Below the pieces are notes generated by a model. That model was not told where the DNA came from and did no database searches. It saw nothing but the letters and a program-made list of their open reading frames with translations. A program made the translations under genes and the position numbers. Positions 1-11,204 of a stretch of 64,000 nucleotides of DNA are shown here, one piece after another; the first letter of the stretch is position 1; the number at the start of each line of letters is the position of its first letter. The stretch comes from Octopus sinensis (Eukaryota), in assembly GCF_006345805.1 (NCBI RefSeq), contig NC_043006.1:89156001-89220000 (forward strand), in the 5' to 3' direction.

Positions 1-107
1 ATATATATATATACATATATATATAATATACATATATATATATATACATATAATTATATATATATATATAACATATATATATATACACATATAATATATA
101 TATATAC

Positions 108-138
<31 letters not shown>

Positions 139-156
139 CATATATTATATATATAC

Positions 157-187
<31 letters not shown>

Positions 188-802
188 CATATAATATATA
201 CACATATATATATATAACATATACACATATATATATAATACATAAATATATATATATATATACAATATATATATATATATACATATATATTATATACATA
301 TATATATATATACATATAAGGCGGCGAGCTGGCAGAAACCTTAGCGCGCCGGGCGAAATGCTTAGCGGTATTTCGTCTGACGTTACGTTCTGAGTTCAAA
401 TTCCGCCGTGGCAGACTTTGCCTTTGATCCTTTCGGGGTCGATAAATACAGCACCAGTTTCGCACTGGGGTCGATGTAATCGACTTAATCCATTTGTCTG
501 TCCTTGTTTGTCTCTTCTATGTTTAGCCCCCTGTGGATAGTAAAGAAATATATATATATACATATTATATATATACATATATTATATATATATACATATA
601 TACATATACATATATATACAATACATATATATATATATACATATATATATTATATACATATACTATATATACATATATATATATAATACATATATTATAT
701 ATACATATATATATATATACATATACATATATATATATATACATATAATATATACACATATATATATATACATATTATATATATACATATATATATATAT
801 AC

Positions 803-837
<35 letters not shown>

Positions 838-1174
838 ATACATATATATATAATACATATATATATACATATATATTATAATATATAATACATATATATA
901 TATACATATATTATATATATATACATATATATAACATATATAATATATACATATATATATACATAATATACATATATATATATATAATACATATATATAT
1001 ATAACATATATATATATATACATAATATATATATATATATCATATATACATATATACATATATAGACATATATATATAATATATATTACATATATATATA
1101 TATATCATATATACATATATAAATATATATATATACATATATATATACACATATATATACATACATATATATAC

Positions 1175-1213
<39 letters not shown>

Positions 1214-1214
1214 C

Positions 1215-1245
<31 letters not shown>

Positions 1246-1319
1246 CTAATATATATATACTATATATATATACATATATATATATACATATACATATATA
1301 TATACATATACATATATAT

Positions 1320-1352
<33 letters not shown>

Positions 1353-1408
1353 TATTTTTTTTTTCTTCTTATAATATATATATATATATATAATAATATA
1401 TATATATA
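1..1408. repeat. Compound (TA)n/(TACA)n microsatellite interrupted by a SINE
   Basis: Near-continuous TA/TACA/TAAT units. The YI-rich ORFs here are translation artefacts. Confidence 0.97.
318..550 (+). mobile_element. tRNA-derived SINE (family A) with Tx1-like 3' tail
   Basis: Head GGCGGCGAGCTGGCAGAA, B-box-like GAGTTCAAATTCC, body GCCTTTGATCCTTTCGGGGTCGATAAA shared with copies at about 6.1 kb and 41-43 kb. Tail resembles the Tx1-like LINE 3' ends at 27836-27881 and 32252-32297. Confidence 0.85.
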
Positions 1409-1487
1409 TGATTTGATTTTCCAGTTTCAGCTAATGAGCTGTGGCCATGCTGGGGCACCGCCATTTGGTTTGCTACACGATTTTACC

Positions 1488-4400
1488 TCACGGATGCTTT
1501 TTAGCAAACGCCATCTGATGCATGAGAGAGTTCGATGCAGCTGCCCTCATCTGCACCTCCTGCTGTGAAGTTGGTTCATCCGGGACACCTGACAGGAAGA
1601 GATCCAGTCCTACTTTAAAGACATCCGCATGTACACCATGCAGGTCCCTCAGATTCTTCGGGAGGATATTGAAGAGCCATGGGCCTCTGAAGCCCAGGCT
1701 ATCACAATATCTTGTCCTACATTTTGATGCCAAATTTGGAGTCCTTGGTACTACGCAGTGGCGTCCGGTTCTGGCATTTGAGTGACTCTCGATGCCAAAG
1801 TCTGGGACAAGACCTTCCAGGATCTTCCAGATATATATTATTGCATATCTTTCTCGCCTACGCTCCAGGGAATAGAGCTTTAATCTCTTGAGTCTTTTCC
1901 AGTAGCTCATATGCTGCACAGAGGCTATCTTCTTCGTGTAGCTTCGTTGGATCGCCTCAAGTTCTGTGATCAACTTGACACTGGATGGTGACCATAGCTG
2001 AGAGCAATAGTCAAAGTGGCTTAGGACAAGTGTCTTCCAGAGGACCATCATGGTTTTTTGTTCTCTTGTTCTAAAGGTTCTAAGAATCCATCCAGCCAGC
2101 CGTCTACATTTCATTGTCAGTTTAGCAACATGTACATGAAAGGTCGCGTCATCACTCATGTGAATACCCAGGTCACGCACTGATTGTGCCTCCGGGATTG
2201 CAATCCCTCCGGGTTCAGTGTATTCATTGGGTATTGCATTCAGTTTTGCATGCTGATAGTGTAAAGCTTGAAACTTTTCAGCATTGAACTGCATGCTATT
2301 CTTTTCAGCCCACTTGTATGTTTCGTCCAGCTCACATTGCAGGTGCTTAGTGTCTTCAGGGTTCTGTATTGCCTGTGAAACTTTTGTATCATCTGCATAA
2401 CTTGTGATCGTGGCTCTCTGCGTGGCTGAGGGCATGTCTGAGAGGGCCATTATGAACAGTAGTGGTCCCAGAACAGTGCCCTGCGGAACACCGCTCACTA
2501 CCACCTGACTTCTATCTTTCAGAAAGTCATGAAGCCATTCTCCCAGTTTTCCAACTATGTTGAGATCACGCAGTTTGTGACATATCATTCCATGATCGAC
2601 TTTATCAAAGGCCTTTGCAAAGTCGAGATATATCACTTCCACATTTGAGTGGTTGAGCAGTTGTTTCAGCACCCAGTCATAGTGTTGTAGGAGCTGAGTT
2701 AAGCAGCGTCTTCCTGGTCGGAAACCATTTTGGGTGTCAGGCAGCAAGTCATTTTCTTCAAGGAAGGTGATTAGTTTCCTTCTAACTATTCGTTCCATGA
2801 CCTTGCTGATGTGTGAGGTCAGAGAGATAGGTCTATAGTTCTTGGCCTCAGCTCTGCTACCTCCTTTATGAATAGGGCATATTTTACCTTCCTTCAGTTT
2901 TCTTGGAAGTTTGCCAGCTGCAAGGAAGCTCTGAAAGAGGAACTGCAGTGGTCTTGCTAGGACTCTCTTACATGCTTTTAGGAGGATTGCCGGGAATCCA
3001 TCGGGGCCAATAGCTGAGTCTGTTTTCATTTCATCTATAGCCTTTATTACATCATCTTCCTTTATATGGATGTAACTTATTGTCGCCGCCTCTGATTTTA
3101 TATCTGCAGTGGTAAAGAAGTCAGTTGGATTGCTGATTTGGAAATGCCCAAGGGGTGGAGTGAAAACACTCTTGAATTGTTCATTCAGTATTTCACTTAC
3201 CCTCATTGGTTTTCCTGTGAGTGTGCCATCCTTTTCAAGGAGTGGCCCTATCCTACAGTGCACCGTAGCTGTTTCTTTGGCATACCTGTAGAAAGCTCTG
3301 GGGTTAGTTTTTATGTTGTCTATGGCCCAGGCTTCTTTGTCTGCTCTTTCCTTTTCATGGGAGAGTTGCAGACAATTTTCAATTTCCAACAGTTTTATTT
3401 TCAGGCGGGACTTTTCACTGCTTTCAATTCGTTTGTTTAGGCGATTTGAAATTTTTGTATGCTGTCTCATTAAAATTTTCCTCTCTCTGGGGATTTTGTT
3501 CTTGTGTACAGTGGCCTTTCTCTCTGCGACATATTTGTAGCATATGGCTTGCATTACAGACATGAATTGTTGAAGTTTCATGTCGATGTCCGGCGAGGAG
3601 AGACATTCAGGCCAGTTTTGTTTGAGGATCTCTTTCTCAATTTGTTTCCAGTTTGCCTTATTGAAGTTCAAGCTGGAAAGATTCTGAGAGCTTCTTGTAG
3701 GCTGCATGTCCATGCTTTCCTTTGGCCCGTACATAGTCAGCTCTACCATGTTGTGATCCGAGAGTAGTGTCGGTGTCACTTTCACATTATGGATGAGATC
3801 CATATTATTTGTGAAGCAGAGGTCCAGTGTGTTACCTGCCCTGGTTGGTTGGAGTATTACTTGCTCCATGTACAGGGTGTTGATGAGGTTCAGGAGGGAC
3901 CTCGCCTGTCCCCGTTCACATCGTGTCATTCGTGGGAGAGAAAGGCCCTCGGGCCATCTGACATTGGGCAGGTTGAAGTCTCCCATGAGAAGTACACTTA
4001 TGTGCTGTTCTAGTGTGTCTAGAACTTCTTCTATTTTTATAAGGCAGTCTTCAAACTTGCCCATATGGCTTGGGGCATCTGGATGGCGATATATAGCACA
4101 CACAACTACATCAAGTTGCCTTATATGTACAATTAGTGTGTCACACACCGAGTTTGAGTATGACAAGAGGACCTGGCGTGTGAGGTCCTCACGGATGTAC
4201 ATAGCAACTCCTCCATGACTCCTTTCTTTCCTGTCGGTCCGTAGTACAACATACTGTGGTATGTGTAATTCCGCATCCGCTACGTCCGGTTTCAGGTGTG
4301 TTTCCGTAAGTGCTATGCATAAGGCTTGATTGCATGCAACAAAGTCTCTCAAGAACGGGACTTTTGTCCTGTTACTGTGTGTTAGTAGTCCTCTGATGTT

Positions 4401-4556
4401 CAGTAGGAGCATCGAGGTGAGGTGTATGCTGTTGCCAGTGGTGTCCACCCTGGGTCCATCTGCTGTGGCGGTCTTGTGAACTGTGGGTAGTCCCATCTGC
4501 AAGCTTGAGTTTGATGGAGCCAGGTTAGCTGCTGTACAATCTTTTGTGCCATGCAC
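1488..4556 (-). CDS. LINE ORF2: apurinic endonuclease + reverse transcriptase
   Basis: APE motifs [36 protein letters not shown] motifs [41 protein letters not shown]. The track start is a GTG; the true start is likely an internal ATG (MGLPTV or MLLLNIRG). Carries a 27-nt in-frame deletion relative to copy 2. Confidence 0.93.
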   Translation of the reverse strand: MHGTKDCTAANLAPSNSSLQMGLPTVHKTATADGPRVDTTGNSIHLTSMLLLNIRGLLTHSNRTKVPFLRDFVACNQALCIALTETHLKPDVADAELHIPQYVVLRTDRKERSHGGVAMYIREDLTRQVLLSYSNSVCDTLIVHIRQLDVVVCAIYRHPDAPSHMGKFEDCLIKIEEVLDTLEQHISVLLMGDFNLPNVRWPEGLSLPRMTRCERGQARSLLNLINTLYMEQVILQPTRAGNTLDLCFTNNMDLIHNVKVTPTLLSDHNMVELTMYGPKESMDMQPTRSSQNLSSLNFNKANWKQIEKEILKQNWPECLSSPDIDMKLQQFMSVMQAICYKYVAERKATVHKNKIPRERKILMRQHTKISNRLNKRIESSEKSRLKIKLLEIENCLQLSHEKERADKEAWAIDNIKTNPRAFYRYAKETATVHCRIGPLLEKDGTLTGKPMRVSEILNEQFKSVFTPPLGHFQISNPTDFFTTADIKSEAATISYIHIKEDDVIKAIDEMKTDSAIGPDGFPAILLKACKRVLARPLQFLFQSFLAAGKLPRKLKEGKICPIHKGGSRAEAKNYRPISLTSHISKVMERIVRRKLITFLEENDLLPDTQNGFRPGRRCLTQLLQHYDWVLKQLLNHSNVEVIYLDFAKAFDKVDHGMICHKLRDLNIVGKLGEWLHDFLKDRSQVVVSGVPQGTVLGPLLFIMALSDMPSATQRATITSYADDTKVSQAIQNPEDTKHLQCELDETYKWAEKNSMQFNAEKFQALHYQHAKLNAIPNEYTEPGGIAIPEAQSVRDLGIHMSDDATFHVHVAKLTMKCRRLAGWILRTFRTREQKTMMVLWKTLVLSHFDYCSQLWSPSSVKLITELEAIQRSYTKKIASVQHMSYWKRLKRLKLYSLERRRERYAIIYIWKILEGLVPDFGIESHSNARTGRHCVVPRTPNLASKCRTRYCDSLGFRGPWLFNILPKNLRDLHGVHADVFKVGLDLFLSGVPDEPTSQQEVQMRAAASNSLMHQMAFAKKHP

Positions 4557-5296
4557 AAAAAAGATTCTTGCTCTACAGCTGCCCTTTCAAAAACACGTTG
4601 GTGTTTTGTGGCACGCACCACATCTGCGTACCTCTGTTTTGGGGCAGGTGATGCGTGGTCCATCCCATTTCCTTTCGGTGGTTGGTTTCTGCGGCAGGGT
4701 CCCGGATGTGCAAAACGGCAGCCTGCACTTTCCTCTCCATGCCGGCAGGCACCTCTCAGGTAGAACCTACATACCCGTGTGCGCTGCTTGTTTCCATCCT
4801 TTTTGGCATATGGATAGTTAGGTTTGCCTCTATCCCTGGCTGCCTTGCCCCTTGGCTTTGCCTGAGTTTTAGCTTCAGTTTTTCCTCCTTTTTTGGTTCT
4901 TTCATCTCCATGTCCATGGCTTTTGGTGCCGGTAGGAGCATCCGCACCTGGGTTCACCTCCCGGGCAGGCCTCTCACTGGAGTTTTCTTCCTGGGCATCT
5001 ACTAGGTGGGGGTGACCCTCCTCATCAGCGCCCGCATCTCCATCCTTGCCATCTTTACTTTGTTCGCGTTTTTCGCTGTCAAAGATGGCATCCAGCGTGT
5101 TAATGTGCGATCTGACAAGTGCGTAGGAGCGTATAAATTCTTGCTTCTTCCGCTCTATTTGAGCTGACGTCCTTTTGTATCTGCTGTTCTTCAGCGCAGC
5201 CGTAATTATGTTATTTGGATTTTCTCCGTCAGCGCATCGCCATCCTCGCAGGAACAACTTTTTCCTTGTTACAACAGATTTTTCCTCTGGCAACAC
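4400..5296 (-). CDS. LINE ORF1 (partial) with CCCH-type zinc finger
   Basis: CRFYLRGACRHGEESAGCRFAHP motif in a basic, low-complexity ORF directly upstream of ORF2. No ATG at its 5' end and an in-frame stop shortly upstream. Confidence 0.7.
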   Translation of the reverse strand: MLPEEKSVVTRKKLFLRGWRCADGENPNNIITAALKNSRYKRTSAQIERKKQEFIRSYALVRSHINTLDAIFDSEKREQSKDGKDGDAGADEEGHPHLVDAQEENSSERPAREVNPGADAPTGTKSHGHGDERTKKGGKTEAKTQAKPRGKAARDRGKPNYPYAKKDGNKQRTRVCRFYLRGACRHGEESAGCRFAHPGPCRRNQPPKGNGMDHASPAPKQRYADVVRATKHQRVFERAAVEQESFLCMAQKIVQQLTWLHQTQACRWDYPQFTRPPQQMDPGWTPLATAYTSPRCSY

Positions 5297-5789
5297 TGTA
5301 TCTGTCCAATGTAATGGATGTGTTCAGGAGACATTGTCATTTTGAACTACAAATAATTTGGTTACTAAAGCGTTGTCAAGTGTCTAAATAGATATTATTT
5401 GTCAGTTGTCTATTATTTGCCTTAACCTTATTGTTTCACACTGGTGTTTTTGCAGATTTAAGTAGTTATTCAATTCAACCCTTTAATGAAATTGATTGGA
5501 CCCTGAAGACAGTATCCAAATTGCTCTGGTGTCAAAATGCCCAAATTTTTATGTAATTGTAACAAAGTTGAATCATCATTTCTCCAAAACCTGAAATGAA
5601 AAAGTTTCTAGAAAAATCCATTTTGTTTCATAATAAGGATATCAATTTATTTTATCGCATTTGTTTTATAGTTTTTATTTTTATAATTGTATTTTCTATA
5701 TAAATAGATCGAATAAACCTTTTGAATTCAAAAATTAATGATTTTCTTCCTTTCAAGTCAAGTGGGGTAATGTTGGCATAAATAAATAT

Positions 5790-6060
5790 ATTTTGGGGTA
5801 ATTGGTTAAAAAGTTCCCCAACCCCTGCTCTAGGACATGATCTGTTTTGATAGGAAAGTCCCAAAGAAGTTTAACCTCATCATTCTCAGTTATTTTTTCA
5901 AGTGCATGCTCATACCATTTGTATCCTGATGGTAGTGCATACTTCTTACACATCTAGTGGATGATCTTTGCAACATTATCATATCTATAAGATTTGTACT
6001 GTTTCTGTGTTACCCTAACTATATAGGTCATTGTTTCTCCTTTTTCATCACACAACCTGA
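5790..6060 (-). mobile_element. Decayed R4/Dong-like (RLE) LINE fragment
   Basis: RYDNVAKIIH*MCKKYALP...WYEH...ENDEVKLLWDFPIKTDH, the region between the CCHC motif and the restriction-like endonuclease. Confidence 0.7.
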
Positions 6061-6112
6061 ACAACGGCTACACATTTTGCACTATTTGTCCAGACAACTT
6101 GTATTATTATTA

Positions 6113-6560
6113 TCAGAGTGGTGAGCTGGCCTGAATCATTCGTATGTCAGAAAAGACATTTTACAATATTTATTGCAGCTCTTTACATTCTGTGTCAAAA
6201 CCTCACTGAGGTCAGCTTTGCCTTTCATATGTCTGGGGTTGATAAAATAAAGTACTAGTCAATGTAATTGACTTTCCCCACTCCACTGAAATTACTTGCC
6301 TAGTGCCAAAATTTGAAACCATTACTATAAAGACAGCAAGTTGGCAGACTCATAAGCCCCCGGAGAAAATGCTAAGTGGCATTTTGTCCATCTTTACATT
6401 TTCTGTTCAAATTCCACTTTGGTTGACTTAGTATTTCATCATTGGGAGGTGGGGGATGTCAGTGAAATAAGTATCAATTGAGCACTGGATTTGATGCAAT
6501 CAAGTTGCACCTTTTCCCAAAATTTCAGGCATTGTGCTTCTAGTAGAATGGATTACTTAG
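6113..6560 (+). mobile_element. Two tandem family-A SINEs with different ATT-type tails
   Basis: Two successive heads (GTGAGCTGGC, GCAAGTTGGCAGA) and bodies. Tails GTGCCAAAATTTGAAACC and GTGCTTCTAGTAGAATGG. Confidence 0.7.
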
Positions 6561-7539
6561 CAATTGGGTAGAATGGATTACTTAGCAATTGGGTTTCAAA
6601 TCTTGATTTATTTATCTCACAAATTGACTGAGAATAACAGAAGAAAAAAATCAGATCTAATTTAGTCTTGGTGATAAAACACCAATACTTTGCATTTATA
6701 ATACTGAAGATCTTGTGATTCAGGGAACCTTTACTGAGTTAATCGTTCATTCCATTCTGTTAAAGCTTTTGGAGAACAAGAGCACATTTTTACAAAGTTT
6801 CTAATGCTTGTGTGTGATTCCTGCGTATTGCTGCAAGTGTCAAACAGTAAAGAAAGGTGACACATTTCTATGAGTCCATCGATTATGGGACAGAACACAA
6901 AGAAGTTTAAATTATTGTTCTGGGCACAGTGAAGGTCATTATATCCAGATAATATACAGGAACTATTGAAAGGAATTGATAGATATCTTCATATTAACTG
7001 TGGAGTTGAACTACTGATTGAGAAAGGCTAGGAATCAGGAAATGGTGCTAAGATAATAAAAAGGTTAAAAAAAGGAGATATTTTATACTTCTAGTTATGA
7101 CAGTTATGTAAACCATTTAAATTTTTTTTATTATGCCTCATTTTACTTTAAGTAGAACTTGATAATTTCCCCTCGTGATTTCTGTCCCTCTCCCTCTCTT
7201 TTTAAATGTAAGTGGGCGATGTGGTTTCTTTGAGTGAGAGCAATTTATGAAGATTAGCAACATTGTTAAAAAGTAATATCTACTGGAAAGCAGAGGAATC
7301 TTCCAGAAAGTAAGAGAAATAGAATTGTTCCTTCCGCCTGTCTGAAATTATAGAAAAATTAAGATAGTTTGAGAAAATTGTGGTATTCCACTTGCTTGAC
7401 AGTTTGATTGGGATACAGAGACAGAATGGCTATGTGCACAGTATATGCAAAAATATGAAAGAAAGAATAACAAAACAAAAATTTGCTTTTCATATAGTTG
7501 AATAATAAAGATGGAGAACGAATGAGAAGAAATAGTGTA

Positions 7540-7618
7540 TCCATATATATATATATACATACACACACACACATGTACGTATATTATCATCATTTAACTT
7601 CCCCTTTTCCATGCTGGC

Positions 7619-7666
<48 letters not shown>

Positions 7667-7837
7667 TGAGAGAGTTAGATTGTACACTAATAGAATATTC
7701 TATGTTCAATGTGTAAATATATATTTTACTATCATGATTATCATCATCATTAACAATAGTATTTCACTTTTTCAGCAAGTATTTCTTATTATGGTAATGA
7801 GGCTTACCGCCATCAACAAAGATATAAGAATACTGAA

Positions 7838-7878
<41 letters not shown>

Positions 7879-8000
7879 TATTTGTGTATATAAAAACATA
7901 CACACACACATATTTGTATATATAAATATATATGTATGTATATGTGTGTACATATATATGTACACACATACATATATATATATATGTGTACACACACACA
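7540..8000. repeat. Mixed TA/CA/GA microsatellite cluster
   Basis: Several TA, CA and GA runs; includes a short RTE-tail fragment near 7590-7620. Confidence 0.85.
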
Positions 8001-8194
8001 TAGAGAGAGTAAGAGATGCTTTTATATAAATTTAAGAAATTTTCTTTATTTATCTGTCATATTTTCTCCCTATTTTTACCTTCTGCCTCTGCAGTCATTA
8101 ATTATTGGATTAATTGCTAAAAATTTCTTTCAATCCTCATTGCCAAGTTGTGCTTTATCCATCCATCTATCTATCTATCCATGTTTCTGTCTGT

Positions 8195-8400
8195 CTGTCT
8201 ATTATCATTTAATGTCCTTTGTCCATGCTGCATGGGTTGGACAGCTTGACTGGGCTGGCATGCTGGAAGGCTGCACCAGACTGAAGTTTGATTTGGCATG
8301 GTTTTCTATGGTTGGATGTCCTTTCTAACACTAACCACTTCGAGAGTGTAGTGGGTGCTTTTATGTGCCACCAGCATGGCTGCCATTTGTATGACACCAG
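8195..8400 (-). mobile_element. RTE-tailed short element (family C), diverged copy
   Basis: CATTTAATGTCC...CCATGCTGCATGGGTTGGACAG...GGTGCTTTTATGTGCCACC, matching copies at 21545, 32770, 37955, 42597, 43161 and 52898. Confidence 0.75.
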
Positions 8401-9519
8401 CATGCGTTTAGAGGCTGGATTATTTTTTGGTTACACCATAAAGTCAGTTCTGTAGGTAATGATTTTAATTTGTAACTGAAGAACTAATTTCATAGTGACA
8501 ATAGTAGAAGTAGTAGTAGTAATGAAACCAAATGATAATCCAATTTTAAAATATATATTAATCATACTTGCATACATACACACCTATATGCACATCGTAC
8601 ATACACACCTATATACACATCGTATATGCACACCTATTCATTTCTCTTAAATTATCAAGAATTGCTAAAGTACAGCATTTAGTATACAAATATAGCGTTC
8701 TTTAATAAACTTTAACTGAATGGATCATAAATACCAAAACTCTGAGTTTGCACCACTATTCTTTCAACTAACATGCTGATCCTGTTGCATTTTAGAGTTT
8801 TAAGTATATTATCTCCTTGCTTATCAGATGAAAAACAAAAAAAGCTACCTTTGCAATTATAGCTGAATGTCCTTCATACTATGTAGCACCTATTTTATTC
8901 TAGTCAGTTAAACTTAGCGGGGTTATGTGAATCTAGCTCAGTAGCACAATAAAACAATTAAACCAGCAAGGTTTGCATTCATTAACATACATACAATAAT
9001 CCAGTGCCTTGAGTTTCACCACAATTGCATATATGAGTGAACTCAGGTAATAACACTTAGATGAAGAATGTGGTGGATTGTTTTGTGGTCTTTTCTAGAT
9101 AAGTGATATAACTCTCAAATTATATAGAACACCAACATGATGTCAGACAGGGGAACTCGTATTCACTCTTAGTTAACTGAAAATCCAGATATTACTTCTT
9201 ACTGCTCCTTCTCATAACTATTCCCCCTCTTGTGTTTGCAAATTGTTATAAACATATGACACTACCTGCCAACAATGGAACTTCCAGCAACCAAGTTCCA
9301 TAAAATTTCCATCAACTGTCTTAAAAGAAAGAAAGGCCACATTGGAAAATGCAATTCCAGATATATAATAAAATAGGATGGTCATGGATGGAATGCCTAT
9401 GCTAATATATCTGTTAAATCAAATCTCACCTACAACTAGATAATGCATAGTGAAAGATAATACAAAGTAGAAGCAAACTAGAGCTTGAAGATGAAATTAA
9501 TGAGAGCAGCTGACATAAA

Positions 9520-9558
9520 TTTATTTCAATCATAAAAAAAATATATTTTTGTTTTATT
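9520..9558 (-). promoter_or_regulatory. Candidate THUMPD3 polyadenylation signals
   Basis: Two AATAAA hexamers on the minus strand (9520-9525, 9553-9558), about 450 nt after the stop codon. No transcript evidence. Confidence 0.4.
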
Positions 9559-10001
9559 TTGATTCTGTAAAGCATGAAGTAATATCTATTTTATGAAAGT
9601 TGTATAAGTTTAATATAAATTTATATTATTTTTGTTTGGCAATTGTCTAAAAATGCAGATTCTGTATACAGAAAACTAAATATATATAAAGAAAACTAAA
9701 TATATTTAGTTTTCTTTCTTTGAATGAAGAAATAATCTCTACTTTAAAGAATTCAAAAATGGCCCCAAACATTTCTATTGTTAAGCTCATTACATGCATA
9801 AAAAGTTCTATAGAAACTTTGTGTGAAGTGCATATGTATTTGTTGCTATCCCCATCATCCAACGTTAGTGTTCAATGATTGTAAAAGGATGGATTCCAGT
9901 GAAAAAGGAAATAGGAAGAATATAAAACTAAACAATAAAAACTTTTGAAAATAAAGAGAAAAAGTTCAATGCAAAAATATGTGGATTCATTAGATCCCAA
10001 T

Positions 10002-10205
10002 TTACAGATCTGGAATTTGATTGTCTGGAACTGGCATTTCTTGAGGACAGTTTTCTGGTAGTGGAGAATGCCACAGAGTTGAAACTGGAGCTCCAGAAAG
10101 CTTAGCAGATGTTCTTCGGAATAACCACACACCAGCAGCCAGCCCGCCAATGTTTACCCAAAGGTAAGACTGTTTCTTCCAGTATTTGGCAAAATGCTGC
10201 ATACA
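10002..10205 (-). CDS. THUMPD3: THUMP domain-containing protein 3 (tRNA m2G6 methyltransferase), last coding exon
   Basis: Acceptor TTGTATTTTTCAG, phase 0, 67 codons + TAA. CMQHFAKYWKKQSYLWVNIGGLAAGVWLFRRT matches the THUMPD3 C-terminus as I recall it (WRK...VWVNVGGL.AAVYVL.RT). In frame with the exon at 41912-42035. Confidence 0.87.
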   Translation of the reverse strand, partial: CMQHFAKYWKKQSYLWVNIGGLAAGVWLFRRTSAKLSGAPVSTLWHSPLPENCPQEMPVPDNQIPDL

Positions 10206-10941
10206 CTGAAAAATACAAGTTATTATGTTCACAAAGCTGATAGAAAGAGAAAAACAAAGCAATTATACAATACGAAAGAACAATGGTACTATTTTTATAC
10301 AAGGAAAAATTTCATCTCTAAATTATGTCAATTGTGCAAATCTTGGTAGCATATATAGAAATCCTAGACTGTACATGATCTTCCTCTTGGTCTCATGAGT
10401 GAGATCTGAGGGTTTGTAGGAAAGTGATGGTTAACTGCAGAAGCTATTAGAAGCAAGACATGTAGTCAGACTGACCACCTTAGGAATTTTACATTTTCAT
10501 ATATTATATCAAAATATACTGGAAAATATCATTATATTATTAATGGTCATGTGATACTATTTCAATATTATATCACAAATACAGTTGTTTTATTTCAATT
10601 TGGGGGGTTGCTCTTTAACAGAGTCCTTTCTACTGTGTAGAAGCTTTTATTCTAATTTGTTAAATTCAACTGAGCTGTGAGCAATGCACAGGAGTACAAT
10701 AGAATAGTCCTAATAGCAGGGTTTGAACTCATTAACATATAGACAATAACTGAGTACCCTAAGCCTCACAGGCATTGCACACATAAACACACATGAGTGG
10801 AGTCAGGTAGAGACATTTATTTATCGTTGACCTTTACAAAAACCAATTATGTTATTTGTACTAGTTGTTACTCCCACCAGGCCAGCGTTTATCAAGCAGT
10901 TCTATGAAACATGTGCCCCAGCCAAGACACCTCACTTTTCA

Positions 10942-10987
<46 letters not shown>

Positions 10988-10993
<6 letters not shown>

Positions 10994-11190
10994 GACCTCG
11001 TGAGTACCGCTGGCGATTTTTTTTCCTCTGACTTCCCTTCTCCGATGTTTCCGACGAAGAGCTCCGCTCGAAACGTTAAACCCTCCTTCTTCCCTTCTTT
11101 CCTGAGCATCCAATAATACTTTATTTGTTCCACGTCCTCGCGCTGTTGTGTTTTTTTGCTTTTTTGTGTTTTCTTGTTTGGATTAACTTT
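10988..11190 (+). mobile_element. Penelope-like terminal (pLTR) fragment with hammerhead-like motif, between (TA)n tracts
   Basis: Homologous to 57150-57340, which lies at the end of an element that begins with a GIY-YIG C-terminus. Contains CCGACGAAGAGCTCCGCTCGAAACGTT. Confidence 0.7.
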
Positions 11191-11204
11191 ATATATATAT
11201 ATAT

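Larger units (their letters stand above)
1410..5300 (-). mobile_element. CR1-like non-LTR retrotransposon, near full length (ORF1 probably 5'-truncated)
   Basis: Overlapping ORF1 and ORF2 (APE + RT). The 3' end matches the second copy at 57770-59500, which carries an (AATC)n tail. Confidence 0.92.

Noticed and set aside
318-420. tRNA genes at SINE heads (all families)
   Set aside because: Only box-like remnants attached to SINE bodies; no complete cloverleaf.
54-1333. YI-, CV- and HT-rich ORFs (also 16-19.7 kb, 54.5-57.1 kb and elsewhere)
   Set aside because: Translations of TA/TG/CA microsatellites, which lack stop codons by composition.
1410-5300. Target-site duplications and current activity of the CR1-like copy
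   Set aside because: No matching flanks found (the 3' side is a TA microsatellite); ORF1 lacks a start and RT has an internal deletion.
6543-6592. 25-bp perfect tandem duplication
   Set aside because: Real, but an ordinary local slippage at a SINE tail.
7200-7350. Exon of a neighbouring gene
   Set aside because: Splice-like motifs on both strands, but no open frame bounded by a matched acceptor and donor, and no recognisable peptide.
10102-10302. Alternative frame LCEHNNLYFSVYAAFCQILEE... as the real exon
   Set aside because: Only the CMQHFAKYWKK frame matches THUMPD3 and the phase of the upstream exon.
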